Positions 1 to 12,600 of a DNA stretch of 64,000 bases are shown here, one piece after another. The position numbers were made by a program, and so were the translations under genes. The notes under the pieces are model-generated. The model worked only from the letters and a program-made list of their open reading frames with translations. It had not been told where the DNA came from and did not search any database. This DNA is from Vitrella brassicaformis CCMP3155 (Eukaryota; Protista; Chromerida). Position 1 is the stretch's first letter; each line of letters starts with the position of its first letter. Where the stretch lies: positions 31,215-95,214 of the forward strand of contig CDMY01000375.1 in assembly GCA_001179505.1 (NCBI GenBank), given 5' to 3'.

Positions 1-15
1 GCACGCCGCACCGAC

Positions 16-172
16 CTCTGCAGTAGAAGAGCAGTTCAGTGAGGTTCATGAGTCGGAAGTCCACCAGCTGCAGCGCGAGCCGGTGCACCTCCCTCTTGCT
101 CTGATCTGACGGAGGGGGCCGGTGCTGCAGCAGATGAAGCTTCAGCACCAGCTGCTTACGCTGGCTTCCCAT
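16..172 (-). CDS. Probable first exon of a gene running off the left edge (hypothetical protein)
   Basis: ATG at 172 opens MGSQRKQLVLKLHLLQHRPPPSDQSKREVHRLALQLVDFRLMNLTELLFYCR, then a GT donor near position 15. It lies head-to-head with the gene at 431. Confidence 0.5.
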
Positions 173-430
173 CACATCCTTTCTAGAGCTCGCAACCCGC
201 CTAGGGTGCTGCCTGAAACCGCTGCTGCCTCTGCGAGCTTAGCGGAAGGAGGAGGAAGCGGTGTGAGCATCCAGGTTGAACCACACGTATACGAATCAGT
301 GACTGAGTCAGACCAACGACAAGGTGTGCTGTGCGAGTGAGAGGGTTAGGAACACTGAAGGAGGGCTCCCCGTTCTCACAGCATCGCCTCCCTCAGTGCC
401 GAGGGGTGTGAACCCCAGGAGGTGTCAAGC

Positions 431-3081
431 ATGACTGACCCGACTCAGTGTAACATCTACATCACACCCGTCGCTCGGGAGACCACCGAGAAGCAACTCA
501 ATGACCTCTTCTCCGCCTGTGGGGAGGTCATGCGAGTCAAGGTACGCACACACGCAAGCCGATCAACACAGCCAGCAACAGAGAGATGAGAGGAAACAAA
601 GCAGGGCACCGACATACACATCCGTTCGTGTGCGCTGTGTGTGCTGTGTTTGTTTGTAGATTCGTGAGAATGAGCGTGGCCTTTATGCTTTTGTCAACTT
701 CTCCAAGCCGGACGAGGCGCAGCGGGCGGTGCGGGACATGCAGAGCTACGAGCTGCATGGCGCCAAGATGAAGGTGGAGCTCCAGAAGAGCCGCGCCACC
801 CCGCCAGCATCGCGCGACCCCTCGTCGGGCGGCCGACGCGGTCCTCCCACCGACCGCCGTGGCGGGCCCATGTACGGCGACCACATGATGATGGAGGGGG
901 GCGATGCATGGGGTGGCGGACCCAATGGCTACGGAGGCGAGAAGAGGGGGCGGCAGCCAGACGGCGGCAGGGTCGACAGGGGCGACGTGCAGCTGCACTT
1001 GATGAACGTGCCTGCGGACACGACTGAGGACATGATCCGTCAGCGGGTCGAGGGCATCGTGCCGGTCACCAACGTGCGCAAGTTCATCCGGCCCAAGAAT
1101 GAGGGCGAGAAGACCGACCCCACGAGAGACGGCTATGCCTTCCTGCATGTGAGGAACGAGAAGGATGCCGAGGAGCTGATCCGGGCGGTGGACGGCACCA
1201 ACGGCTGGATACTCCGGTACAGCAACCACCACATCCGCACACTCATACAGCGGGCGGGCGGAGACCCCAAGACCAGATCAGGTGAGTGAGCCGGATAGGG
1301 CGGAAAGCAACGCAGCGCAACACGGTGATGCCATCATGCTTTCTTTCTCTCGGTGTGTGCGTCAGGTTTGGTGTTGGTTCGTGAGATCACTCTGTACGGC
1401 GTGCCGGAGGGCCCCCTCTCTCCCGAGCTGCGGCAGGCGATGCGTCACTTCTTCAGTCAGTTCGGCGACATCGAGAACATCGAGGGCACCGGCACGGGCA
1501 TTGCATTCGTCCTCTTCCGCGAGCTCAACGGCGCCACCAAGGCCATCTTTCGGTCCAAATCGAGCGAGGAGAAACTGACCATCGCCCCAGGCCTCACCTG
1601 CACCGTCATGTACTCGGACCCCGTGCAGCGCACACACGCCGTACCGGACCCCGACATACGCGACATCCTGGAGGGGGCCGACGACCGCCTGCTTGGGCAT
1701 GGCATGCCCGCGGGGCCGCCCGGCAAGCGCCCCAGGCAAGGTGACTACCCCCCTGACTTCGGCCCCCCATTCATGGCCGCACCGCCCCCATTCTTCCCCC
1801 CTGGCGCGCCAGGAGACGGGTTCCTCGGCCCGCCACCGGCGTATGGGCGTGATACTGGCCGGCCTGCTGCATGGGATGACCCGACGCGGAGAGGCCCCGA
1901 GCCACCTGTGCCGGCATATGGGGGGCCGGGGATTGCGGCCAATGTGGACCCGCAGCTGCTGGCCATGGTTGACAAGTTGGGAGGGCTGGAGGGCATCAAG
2001 GCGTTGCTGGGTGCGTCGGCTGGCGGACAGAGCGGCCAGGGGATGGCCGAGAACCCTTTGCTGACTCAGCTACGGCAGATGCTGGGGCAGCAGCCGCCCC
2101 CGAGAAGCCGCGAGAAGGTCTTTTTGATGCCGCTCGTGCAGCAGGAGAAGCCGTATCTGTTCACACGGGGCAGAACCACGTCCGCATCGCCGTTTGGGGG
2201 CCCGCCCGCGGTCAGCGAGACCATGCCCACCCTCTTCCCTCCACCAGCCGTCCCTCCCGCCCCTGTGCAGGTGCCACCTGTGGCACCAACAACAGCACCA
2301 GTCATGGCACCGACGGCAGTGGCACCACCCCCACAGCCGCCCCCTGCTGTCGCGCCCCCGCCGCCCATCAGTGAGAGCCCCGAGCCCGGCGATGTGTGTT
2401 GGCGGGGCAGCATGGTCAGGAGCAACAAGAAGCGGGTGCCCGTGCAGGCGCGCTTCCTCCGCGGCCGATTCCAGTCCGTGTTCAACAAAGGGTGCGAGCA
2501 GCTCAACATCAGCCACCGGTCGTCATGGGAGGACGTCGGCAAGCGGCACGTGATTGGCGTGGTGTGTCTGGAGGCGACGAGCGATAACGGCGGTGTGCCG
2601 ACGGCCGCTGACTCGAAGGGTTTTTTCGAGTACATTGAGTACTTCAAGAGCAAGGAGAGGGCGGGTGTGGCGCGGATCGAGGAGGGCAACCAGTATGTCT
2701 ACATCATCCCGCCCGGTGTGGAGCTGTTCGTCCAGCACGGCCCGCCACCCAGGGGGTCGGCAGACCACACACTGCTGGCCCTTGTCAGCACTGACCCTGG
2801 TACGTACGGTGGAGTGGATCCACCCACACACCATCCATGCCATGTGACATATCTGACATACGTGTCCTATTTGGTTGTCCCTCCCTTCAGATGGGGCCCA
2901 GCCTGCAGCAGCACCGACAGGAGCAGCCACTGCGCCGCTAGCGAATGCGCCGTCAGGAGGTGCCAACACAGGTGGCGAGCACGGGAAGGATCAGAACGGG
3001 ACTGACCAGGAGGCGGCCTTGCGGGCGCTGCTGCAGCGACCCGAGGTGCTCAACCTTCTCAGCCAGAAGGACGGCAAGTGA
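431..3081 (+). CDS. Three-RRM plus SPOC-domain RNA-binding protein (FPA/RBM15/Spenito-like architecture)
   Basis: Four exons (431-541, 660-1281, 1366-2799, 2891-3081) join in frame via GT-AG. RRM1 has NIYITP...YAFVNF, RRM2 has LHLMNV...GYAFLH, RRM3 has ITLYGV...IAFVLF. The C-terminal CWRGSMVR...FFEYIEYFKSKERAGVARI...YVYIIPP resembles SPOC. Confidence 0.8.
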
Positions 3082-3413
3082 CTGACTCACTGAATGGGCG
3101 GGCGGGAGTGGGGTGGGTGCCTTCCTCTCTTTCTGTCCTGCGGTTTTGTCTGTCGTGTCCTCTGTCTGGAGTGTGTGTTGGTGCCTGCCGTTGGATTGAT
3201 CGCATCATGTGGTTGGTTGAGCTCGTATCGTTCCCATATTACATACATTCATAAACATACAGATCATCTATCTAAGGGGTGGGTGTGGATGTGAGAGGGC
3301 AGGGGAGGGAGGGAGGGAGGTAAACGTGTTGTGTTCCTTTGCTGCTCTGTGACACGTTGCCGACGGCACGTGCGGTGGATGGATGGATGGATGGATCCGG
3401 GGGTGGTTGGGGG

Positions 3414-3704
3414 CAAGTGAGGCGAGACAGACAGACACAGACAGACAGAGATGGGCAGGCACATGTGAAAGCTCTTCCCCGCCTCCTGGACGCACCCACC
3501 CCGCTTTCATCAAGTGAGGCGAGACAGACAGACACAGACAGACAGAGATGGGCAGGCACATGTGAAAGCTCTTCCCCGCCTCCTGGACGCACCCACCCCG
3601 CTTTCATCAAGTGAGGCGAGACAGACAGACACAGACAGACAGAGATGGGCAGGCACATGTGAAAGCTCTTCCCCGCCTCCTGGACGCACCCACCCCGCTT
3701 TCAT
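3414..3704. repeat. Tandem repeat, 3 x 97 bp, apparently identical copies
   Basis: The unit CAAGTGAGGCGAGACAGACAG...CACCCCGCTTTCAT starts at 3414, 3511 and 3608. Confidence 0.95.
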
Positions 3705-4749
3705 TCATCACAAACACACACACCACACCACTGTGGAGGCACTTTTAAGAAGGCAAGAAAGATGCATGAGCACGGCAGCACAGCAGCACAGAAAGAAAGA
3801 AAGGGCATCCGCAGAAAGAAAGATAAGCACAGAACGCAAGTAAGGGCATGCACTGCACGAGGCTCATTCATTCAGCAGAGCTGAAAACATAAGTATGGCA
3901 GGCAACCCATGCATTGTATGTGTGCGTCGGCTCGCTCATCCACCACACACATACGGACACACACACACACACATACAGCACAGCACACGCCCATCAACTA
4001 CCTACCAGCCTACCAGCCTGCCTGCCTGCCTTTTTTTTGAATATCGGTGGGGCCGGGCCAGGCTAGTCCAGGCCGCCTAATATATCTCACTGTCAGTCAA
4101 ACTCTGCGTGTTGATGTATCATATCTATGCGTGATGCGTGAATGCATACGTGTAAGTGAAATTGCCGCCGACTGCATGGCACGATTCGATTCGCCGGCGG
4201 GTCATTTTTTGCTGCTGCAATGCAACATTCCCTCTCGTCCCCTCCCCTCCCCCCAACCCAATCCAACCAGTGTGCGACACTACTGATTGAATTTTCGTCG
4301 GTGCGTTCATTGCATGCATCCATCCATCCATCCATCCGTCCGTCCGTCTGGCCGGCGGCAAATTACTAACCCACGAACATCACACCTGTATCCATGCATC
4401 CATGTCTGTCGGTCTGTCTGCCGAAGTCTTGCAGAGACACGCACAGCACATGCATGAAATGCAACGTCCTAGCCATAGCCAGGGAGATAGATGGGTGTGC
4501 CTGTGTGGTTTGGTTTGTATGGCTGGGGGATTGCTGCTTGTTGGACAAACAGACACTCAATTGTGTGCATGTGTATGTGTGTGTTGCTGCCTTCGTGTCT
4601 CGGTGCCTGCGTGTCTCAGTGCCAAATTACTAATCAATCAGTCAACTATGCAATCGCTGTTGCCACAACAGACAGAGACATGGCAGTTCACAATACCTTC
4701 CAACATCACCACCAGCAAATATAAAATGCAGGCAGCAATAAAATGAATC

Positions 4750-6710
4750 TGGCCCACCATCGGCGCCATTGGGCCCTTTTGACCTCTCTCACACATCGAC
4801 GAGCACACGGCCGTCCTCATCGTCTGCAATACAAGCAAACCATACATGCACACACATAGAGATGCTCATCCATCCACCGCCCCCCAAGACACATCCCACC
4901 CTGTCAGTGGGTTCAGCCCCGCTCTTGCCATGAGGTCTGGACGCATCGCTCGAAAGCTGACGGTCTCCAGACCTCTGACATCCAGGAGGCTGCATATGTC
5001 GCTGGCAGATCTTGCACACACACAACCGAGACACGAGTGGAAGGAAGTGAGTTTTGTTCCGTTTGTTAGCATCTTCATTCAGATACCTATGCACACATTC
5101 AGGTCCTTGATTGAGGGATAGATATCTCCACCCAGCCACAGGCCACGGCTGCCCCGAATCAGCGAGAAATACACCTTCTCCATCGCCACCCCTCCCCCAA
5201 TGGCCAGCAGGATCGATTGCACGAAGTGCACGTCGACGGCCTTCCAGACACTCAGTTCATTGATGCCGGTCATGCAGCTGTAAGCAGCCGCCCCGCTTCC
5301 CACCCCACGCTGCTGTCGAGGACAAGGTGGGAGCTGTCGGCGACGATCGACAATGGCAGGTAGTTGAGAATGGCCGGCACACATCGGGCAGGGGAGGGCT
5401 CGGGCAGAAGCCATTTGCGTCCTCAAGGCAGAACTTGGCCGCCCTGGGAAACGTCAGCCGCCTGGAGACGTCGGTCGCAGCTGAGGACGGCTGGCGGAAG
5501 AGAGCTAATTGGAAGAGAGAGTGCGCATCTTGCGCGTCATGCAGATGCTGCGCTCTCAGCTTCCACAGGACGCCCGTGGCTTCATTCCCGAGCTTAACGA
5601 GGCTGTCTCTTACAAACATTGACGTGCTTGCGGGGAGGTACATGAGCACGTCAAAGTTGAAAGAGAAGCGGTCGTTGGCGATGGAGATAGTGGGGCCGGC
5701 AGCGAACGTGCGGGAGAACGACTGGATGGCGGCGAGAAGGGGCAGAAAGGAGCCGTCGACTCCATCGAAAGCGTCGATGTCGAAGTCGATAGTGACATCG
5801 ATTGACGAGCGACGACAGCCGCGTGCCAGCATGACGGCCTGAAAGGGAAGAAAAAAGCGAAGCATGCAAAAAGAAATGGAAGCGTGCACTTTCTCCTTGC
5901 ATACCTCCAGCCGGTCGAATGCCTGGCGCATCTGGACGGTATCTCAAAAAACACGCACAGTGCCGATCGTCTTGAGATGGCTTAGAGGCGCCACCAGCCT
6001 GCCCCCCCTCTCTCGTGGCCAAAGGCAGGCGCTCAAGCAGCTCTGCCTTCTTGTTGGCTGTGGATGACGAGCCAATTCTCGTAATTGTGGTTGACAATCG
6101 GAGAAAGGCACTCGTCATCTCCCCATCACAACCAGGGCCGCTCACGTCGATCAAAGACGGCATCAGCCATCTGTCGGCCAGGGAACGGTGGGCTTGTAGA
6201 AGGCCTGAGATCGATGTAAGGGCCGGAAGGCGTGTGCGGGCGCCGGCAGGGGGGAAGGGAACGACGGGAGGTGCTCTAAATGGTCCCGGCCGTACTGGCA
6301 TGGGCACCCTCTCAAATGAGACGGCTTTGAGCGATGCTCCTTGGATTCCCGACCCCTCTTGTGCCGCTGCCTCTGCCCGACCTGCCGCTTGGCCAGCAAC
6401 GAAAGCCACCAGAGCGGCGAGGCCCCATTCCGGAAAGCCGCCAGGGTGCCGCGTCATGATGGTGGAGACGTTGATGGCAAGCTGTCCCAGCTGTCTCGCG
6501 CGCTGCGGCAGCATTCTGCCCCAGACCTCCACGCCTTCGTGCGTCGATGCGTCGATGATCAGGCGCGTATGCAGCTTGCAGCTTGCACACTTGTTCCAGC
6601 ACGGAGGGACAGAGGCGGGAAAGGACGAACAGGGGAGAGGGCAGGTAGGCAAGGACGTTGATGACCAAATCAGGCTGAAAGACAGACGGAAATGTCGGCT
6701 GTGTCACCAT
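4750..6710 (-). pseudogene. Frameshifted member of a lineage-expanded F-box-like family
   Basis: It begins MVTQPTFPSVFQPDLVINVLAYLPSP (F-box-like). A CAGCTTG duplication at 6572-6585 shifts the frame before HTRLIIDAS. Later coding blocks lie in different frames (ORFs 5651-6652, 5257-5931, 5079-5426). The 3' end is approximate. Confidence 0.6.
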
Positions 6711-6786
6711 GTCAACATGGATAAAGACATACCAGCAGAGGCGCTCCCTCCGGTGCGTTGTTGGCCTCTCCAGCTGCAGCTGCGTT

Positions 6787-7442
6787 GCTGCTGGTCTCCC
6801 CACCAGCAGCAGGGGCTGTGGTTGAGGCAGCATGACAAAGCTCAGGGGCTACAGCGGGGGCATCAGGGGCTGTGGTTGAGGCAGGTGCAGCAGAAGTAGC
6901 AGCATGAGACGACTCAGCGCTTGCAGGCGTAGAGCGCGGTGCTGTTGGTGTGTTGCCTTCGGTGCTGGCCTGCAGGGCTGCATGATGGCTCAGTACTGCT
7001 GTAGCGGCAGTGGCAGGTTGTTCTGCCTGCAGTCACGACAAAACCATGGCAAAACTACAGTAAGCTGTGGCCTCGTTGCTGCTCCTCTCAACATCTTGAT
7101 ACCTCGTCGTCATCGTCATGCCGGCGTGACTCATACTCGAGCACGTTGCGGAGTGGGACGGCTGGCGAGGGGCTCTCGAACATGGCAGCCATCATCACAC
7201 CACGAGCGGCCTGAGAGAGAAAACAGACGGATGAAAATGTACGAATCCCCTTTTCTGCGATGGGGCTTACTCGGCCGGTCGATTCTTGCCCTTCAGGGTC
7301 ATCCACTCCGGCAGCTGCTGCCGCTGCTGGTCTTCCCACCAGCAGCAGCCGCAGCAGCAGTAGCGGCAGCATGACGAGGCTCAGCGCTTGTAGGCGTGGA
7401 GCGCGGTGCCTCCGGTGCTGGCCTGCGGGGCTGAATGATGGC
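6787..7442. repeat. Degenerate local duplication (about 6787-6990 vs 7324-7442) with Gln/Ala-type microsatellites
   Basis: Shared blocks GCTGCTGGTCT(C/T)CCCACCAGCAGCAG and GCAGCATGA...CTCAGCGCTTG(C/T)AGGCGT(A/G)GAGCGCGGTGC...CGGTGCTGGCCTGC...ATGATGGC. Confidence 0.8.
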
Positions 7443-7699
7443 CTGCGGACCTGCATTGGCGTAGCGGGATGGCGAAAAGGACACCGAAATATAAAACGCA
7501 GGCGGCGATCGATGCCTGCACCGCACCCACAGACACGCCAATGAATGAGACACCTGGACGCAATCCCATGAGATGAGGTGTGTATTTCTTTGTGTGTGCA
7601 CCAGCAGCGTCCTCCGTCCTCTGATCTGCTCTGCCGTCGGCCTTGTCCGTTGACCCCTGATTGCCCCCATCGCTGCCTCCCCCGTGCGACCGCCCTCTC

Positions 7700-9279
7700 T
7701 TATTGCTGCCGAGACTCAGGTGCTGCACCGTTGAAGGCTGGGAGGGAAGGGGAGGGGTGGCGGTGTACTCGTAGCGATCGTCCTGCGGCGGGTACACGTA
7801 GGGCAGCAGCTCCAGGCGGGGTCTGATGGCCGCGGGGCTCTCCAGCCATGGCCCCGCCCACATCGAGATGAGGGTGTTTGGCGGCTTGACCATAAAGAGG
7901 CCCAGGCCGCCAATCTGAACCAAGATGGACATGGTTTGGTGTGGTGTGGGGGATGGTGGATGGGGTGTTTGCCTTTTCGTTGTGTGCGGTGATGAAGCTC
8001 ATGTCTCTGTGACGATCCATGAGGCCCGCGAGCTGCTGCAGTTTTGAGCTAATCACACCCAGCTGCTGCACTCCAAATGACACAGACAGACAGACAGACA
8101 GACAGAGATCATGTGTCTGTGACGTGACCCTTCAGCTCCCTCGTGAGCACTGCCTGCGTATCTGACCTCTGTTGCTGTTGCGATGTCAGGATCCTCCTGC
8201 AGCTTGATCTTGAGCATCGAAAAACGCCGCTGCGCATGGCCCGGGAAGGCCCTCACGTACCTGCCCGGTCACGACATTCATGTGTGGTGTCTTCATCAGC
8301 CACCTGTGTCTCTGTCTCACTCACCGGGTGGCCATGTCGAGTGCGAAGAGGTCTCCCGCCTTGTCTCCCACACTAAACACCCTGCTGACATCCGGGCGCC
8401 GTGCCAGCTCCTCTGTGAAGGTCAGGACCTGCACAAAACAGATCAGGAGACATCGCATCGATGGACACACATGGGGGGACGAAGGAATGGCTGGCTGCAC
8501 ACATGGGGATGGGTCTCTCTGCATCTTATCTTGTTCACCCACCTTCCACGCGATGCCGTGTGGCTCCATCGGCACGCCCCTCCCCGTCCCTCTGTCCCTG
8601 GCGCTGTAGATGACGATGCCGTGCTCCTGCAGATAGTCTGCTAGCCACGGCACCGCCACCAGGCACTGCGCCACCCAGCCTGCCAGCCAGCACAACAGAA
8701 GACGCGTCACAGTGGCCACTTGTCCCTCCCTCCCTCCCTTCCTCCCCTCACCCTTGCCGCCGTTTGTTATGATGGCCACCCGGCCGCCCTCGTCCAGCAC
8801 CTGATGGAAAACCGATATGGCCTCCTTGCCGTAGTTGGAGAGGGTGGCACTGACGGCGGCGATCTCCTCGGCGTCTGCCTGAGTCTTGGGGACCTGCCCC
8901 TTCAGCCAGCGCAGGAAGGCGCGGTGGCCCTTGATCCACGTCGTCGGGAACAATGTGTCGTCCCTGACACGCACAACATGGAGACCTGAGCACGGACGCC
9001 ACCTGACTGCACTTTTTCACCAGTCAACATGCCAGTCAAAAATGAAGAAAATCCCCTCGGACCTTCCTGTGCGGCGCGCGAGCTGTTGCAATTGGGGCCG
9101 CTGGTGGGAGAGCTCAAACGGCCTCTGCAGCAGGCCTCCCGAGTCGCGGTGGTGCTCCTGGCAGGCTCTGGGGGCTCTGGGTGGCCGCTTCCCCCCTGAT
9201 CAGCTATGCATAATTCTGAATTGGGGCCCGACTCTTGGCCCGAGTTGTCGGAGTCGTCGATCCCCGGCGGCGGTGCCAT
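7700..9279 (-). CDS. HAD-superfamily hydrolase-like protein (FDWDDTLFPT type)
   Basis: Spliced motif I is IF(DWHV)DWDDTLFPTTW, motif II is AIITNG, motif III is AWK and motif IV is VFSVGDKAGD, followed by LKIKLQEDP. Start and end are uncertain. Confidence 0.7.
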
Positions 9280-9676
9280 CGATCCGTCAGCGGGGGCTGT
9301 GCGTGGCCTTCTCACAGGCACAATCAATTGGTGGCCGGTGGAAGAAGGTCCTTGGATATTGCGAGCTTGGATCGGAAGCGAGCTCGCAGAGGGGAAAGAG
9401 AAAAAGAGGAATAAAATCTGCGTCGTTTGCCTCACACCGCATCGGTTGACGTCCACGCGCGCATAAACGAGTGTAAGAAGGAAATGACCGTTGATGCATG
9501 TATCTGCGTACACGTGTGTGCGTGCCCGTGTGTGTGTCCGTCAGGCGCAGCGTATCTTTGCTTATCGGCGCTGGCCGCCCCTCATTTGTCGTACACCGAT
9601 TGCCTGCCTGCGTGGGTGAGTGCGCCCTGGTTGGTGCGCGTTGCGGTGTGTTGGTGTTGTGTTGACAACCGGCGCG

Positions 9677-12600
9677 ATGTCGAAGAAGTTGCAGAGTGAG
9701 ATAGAGCGCGTGTTGCGGGACATCAAGGTGCACGTGGAGCAGTATGACGAGAAGTTTGACGAGCTGCGGCAGTTCAACAGGGAGCGCTTCATCAACTGCG
9801 ACAAAATGAAAGACGAAGCCAAGAAGGAGGTGAGGGGTCACCTCACACGTGGCACACACACATACACACACAGACACACGCAAGGGCATAAGGCAGGCAG
9901 GCAGGCTGGCCGGTGGCAGACACAGGGAGGCATAGCGCGACTCGTACAGGCATCGCATTCGTGTGTTGTGTGCATCCCCCCGCTCACCATGTGTGTGCAG
10001 CAACTTCGCGGCAAGAAGCATGCGATTCGTACGACCACGCTTGAGCTGATGGACGTCAAGCACGTGTTGGACGGCCGTGGCCGCATTGAGGGCGAGCTCG
10101 AGAATCTGCTGCGGAAGCTGCACCGGCTGGGTCAGCAGGTCAAGGACTGGCTCAACCAAAACGATGTCAGGGACAAAGACTCACTCGAGCAGTGGAAGAA
10201 ACAGGTAGGTACCTACATATATCGGCACATACACATACACACGCACATACACACACACACACCCTTCGGCATGTGGATGGAATGTGTGTGTGTGTCAGCT
10301 TGAGGTGCGCTACAAACGTGGCAAGATCTTCTATCGCAGCGGCGAGATCAGCGAGGTCGACATGTCTGGCGAGGGAGAGGTCACCGAGCACCAGAAGTGG
10401 ATCGAGGACTACATCAGGAGGCTGGGCGACCAAAACGACCTCTTCGAAGCTGAAATCGAAGCCTCCAAGAAGAAGAAGGTCAGCCAAACCCAACACGCGC
10501 TCAATGCACAAACAGGCTGTGTGTGTGTGTGCAGAGTGCCGATTGTGAGCGTGTGGAGCAGTTGAAGGCCTTCACTGAGCTCCACCGCAGCCACATGCAG
10601 AAGCTGGAAGAACTGCTCAGGCGAATCCGAAACGGAGACCTCAGCTCAGACGTACGCAATCACATCGCCCACACACTCTCGCCCTAGCCACCGACCCACC
10701 TGTGTGTCTGTCTGTCTGTCTGTCTGTCTGGCAGAGCGAGATGGAGAAGTTGGGTGAGTTGCAGGAGGAGCTGCGGGACTATGTCGAGAATAACGACTCC
10801 CTCGACATCGTCGCCATGTGTGACGACCTCTACGCCGACCTCGGCCTCGAGGACATGCCATGCGACATGGACAAGGACGGCTCTGACACCGTCGGCGACC
10901 CCCTCACCGACGTCGGCACTCACGACGAGCCCATGCGCCTGTCGTCCATCGAGATCGACAACAATGAGGCCGCCTGGGAGGCTGGCGCTGAGCCCATGGC
11001 CGACCACCAGCCCCACCAGCAGCAGCAGCAACATGACGATGAGGGCGACAAGGCCGTCACTACTACTGCTGGCGAGCAGCGTCAGGCCAAGCGGCCGAAG
11101 AAGGGCGGCAAGGGGGCGTCCAAGGACAAGGGCGAGGCCACCAGCAGCACGAGCGCTGTTTCGCCGGCTGCTGTCACGCCCAAGGCCAGCCTCGCCGCCA
11201 CTCTCCTGGGCAAGGCCGAGCGAATCGACCACAGAGATAAGGAGGCCAAGAGCGACTTGGACAGCAACGAGTCGCAGCCCTCCCAGTGGAAGCCCAAGGC
11301 GACTCCTGAGCACCCTGTCATCCTGCCCTCGCTCGCCCCAGCAGCGGCACAGCAGCCACCCGGCAGCAAGAGGAAGGGCGACAAGACAGACACCCACACC
11401 CACACCCACACGCACAGGAAGGCCTCCGGTGACAAGTCGGCCACCAAGCACCCCTCCAGCACCAAGCAGCCCCCCGAGGTCTTCTCTCCCTCGACCTTCC
11501 CTCTGCTCCCATCCGCCACCCCGCGCTCTTTCTCCTCCACACGAGGCGGGGAGGGCTTCGCCTCGTGGGTGTCGGCGGCCAAGCAGGCGAGCGGGGAGCG
11601 GTCTGAGGCGTCGAGCGTCGAGTGTGCCATGTCCAGCACGTCGAGCCTCTCGGGGCCGGGGCAGACAAGCGCGGCCGTTGCTGCCGCCGCCGCTGCTGCT
11701 GCTGCTGGGGGCGGTGGTGCCGAGAAGGTTGGGGGGAGGAGGGGAAGTTTCAATGACACTAAGAGGGCGTCGGACACGGTAAGACGACCAGCGAGGAAAT
11801 AAGCCATGCACCATGAAGCGCGTCATTATTTCCTTGGTCTCCTGTTTGTGGTCAGGTCGGTTCGTCTGTGTCGTCTCAGCAGCACATGGCGGTCGATGAG
11901 CGCGAGACCCTTGTGTCGATGGGCTTCGCCAGCGATGCCGTCGACCGAGCCCTGATGATGCACGCGGGCAATTTTGACGACGCTCTCAACCACCTCATCC
12001 ACACCAACCAGTCGCCCAAGATTCACGAACCACCCACCCCACCACAGTCACAGCCAAGCGCATCAGCGGCTGATGAGCCAGCCCCCATGGAGCCGCCCCC
12101 ACAATCACTGCCCACAGAGCTCGCCGAGGCAGCTGAGTCACCAGATAAGGATGCTGGGGCGCCCAAGGCAGATGGTGACGGTGACGAGATCATGGAGAGG
12201 GAGAGCGAGAGGGCGAGTGAGGAGGAGGTGACGATAGGGGAGGACTGGAAGGCGGTGGGCGAGGGGCAGCTCTCCCTGTCCAAGGGCACAAGGCTACGCA
12301 TCCAGGAGCGACACAGCTCCGGATGGACCTTCGGGCAGCTCGTCCGGCCAGACGGCTCTCTCGACGACCGGCCCGACTCGTCTGGCTGGTTCCCCGACTT
12401 CCTCACCCAGCCTCCCCCTCCCCCCTCTCCACCCCGGTTGAACCCACACCCCCACACCCACCCACCCCCACCCACCACAGACAACCAGAGAGCCGGTGGC
12501 CCACCCACTTCCAGCTCGCCCGTGTCCACGGCTGCTGCCGTGCCCATGGTCACGGCATCCTCCCTGCTGCAGCGCGGCCTGGTGCTGCAGGAGCGGGTGC

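Noticed and set aside
343-350. Telomere-like GGGTTAGG
   Set aside because: A single occurrence, expected by chance.
3414-3704. Possible CRISPR-like array
   Set aside because: The units are full-length identical with no unique spacers, the context is eukaryotic, and there are no cas genes.
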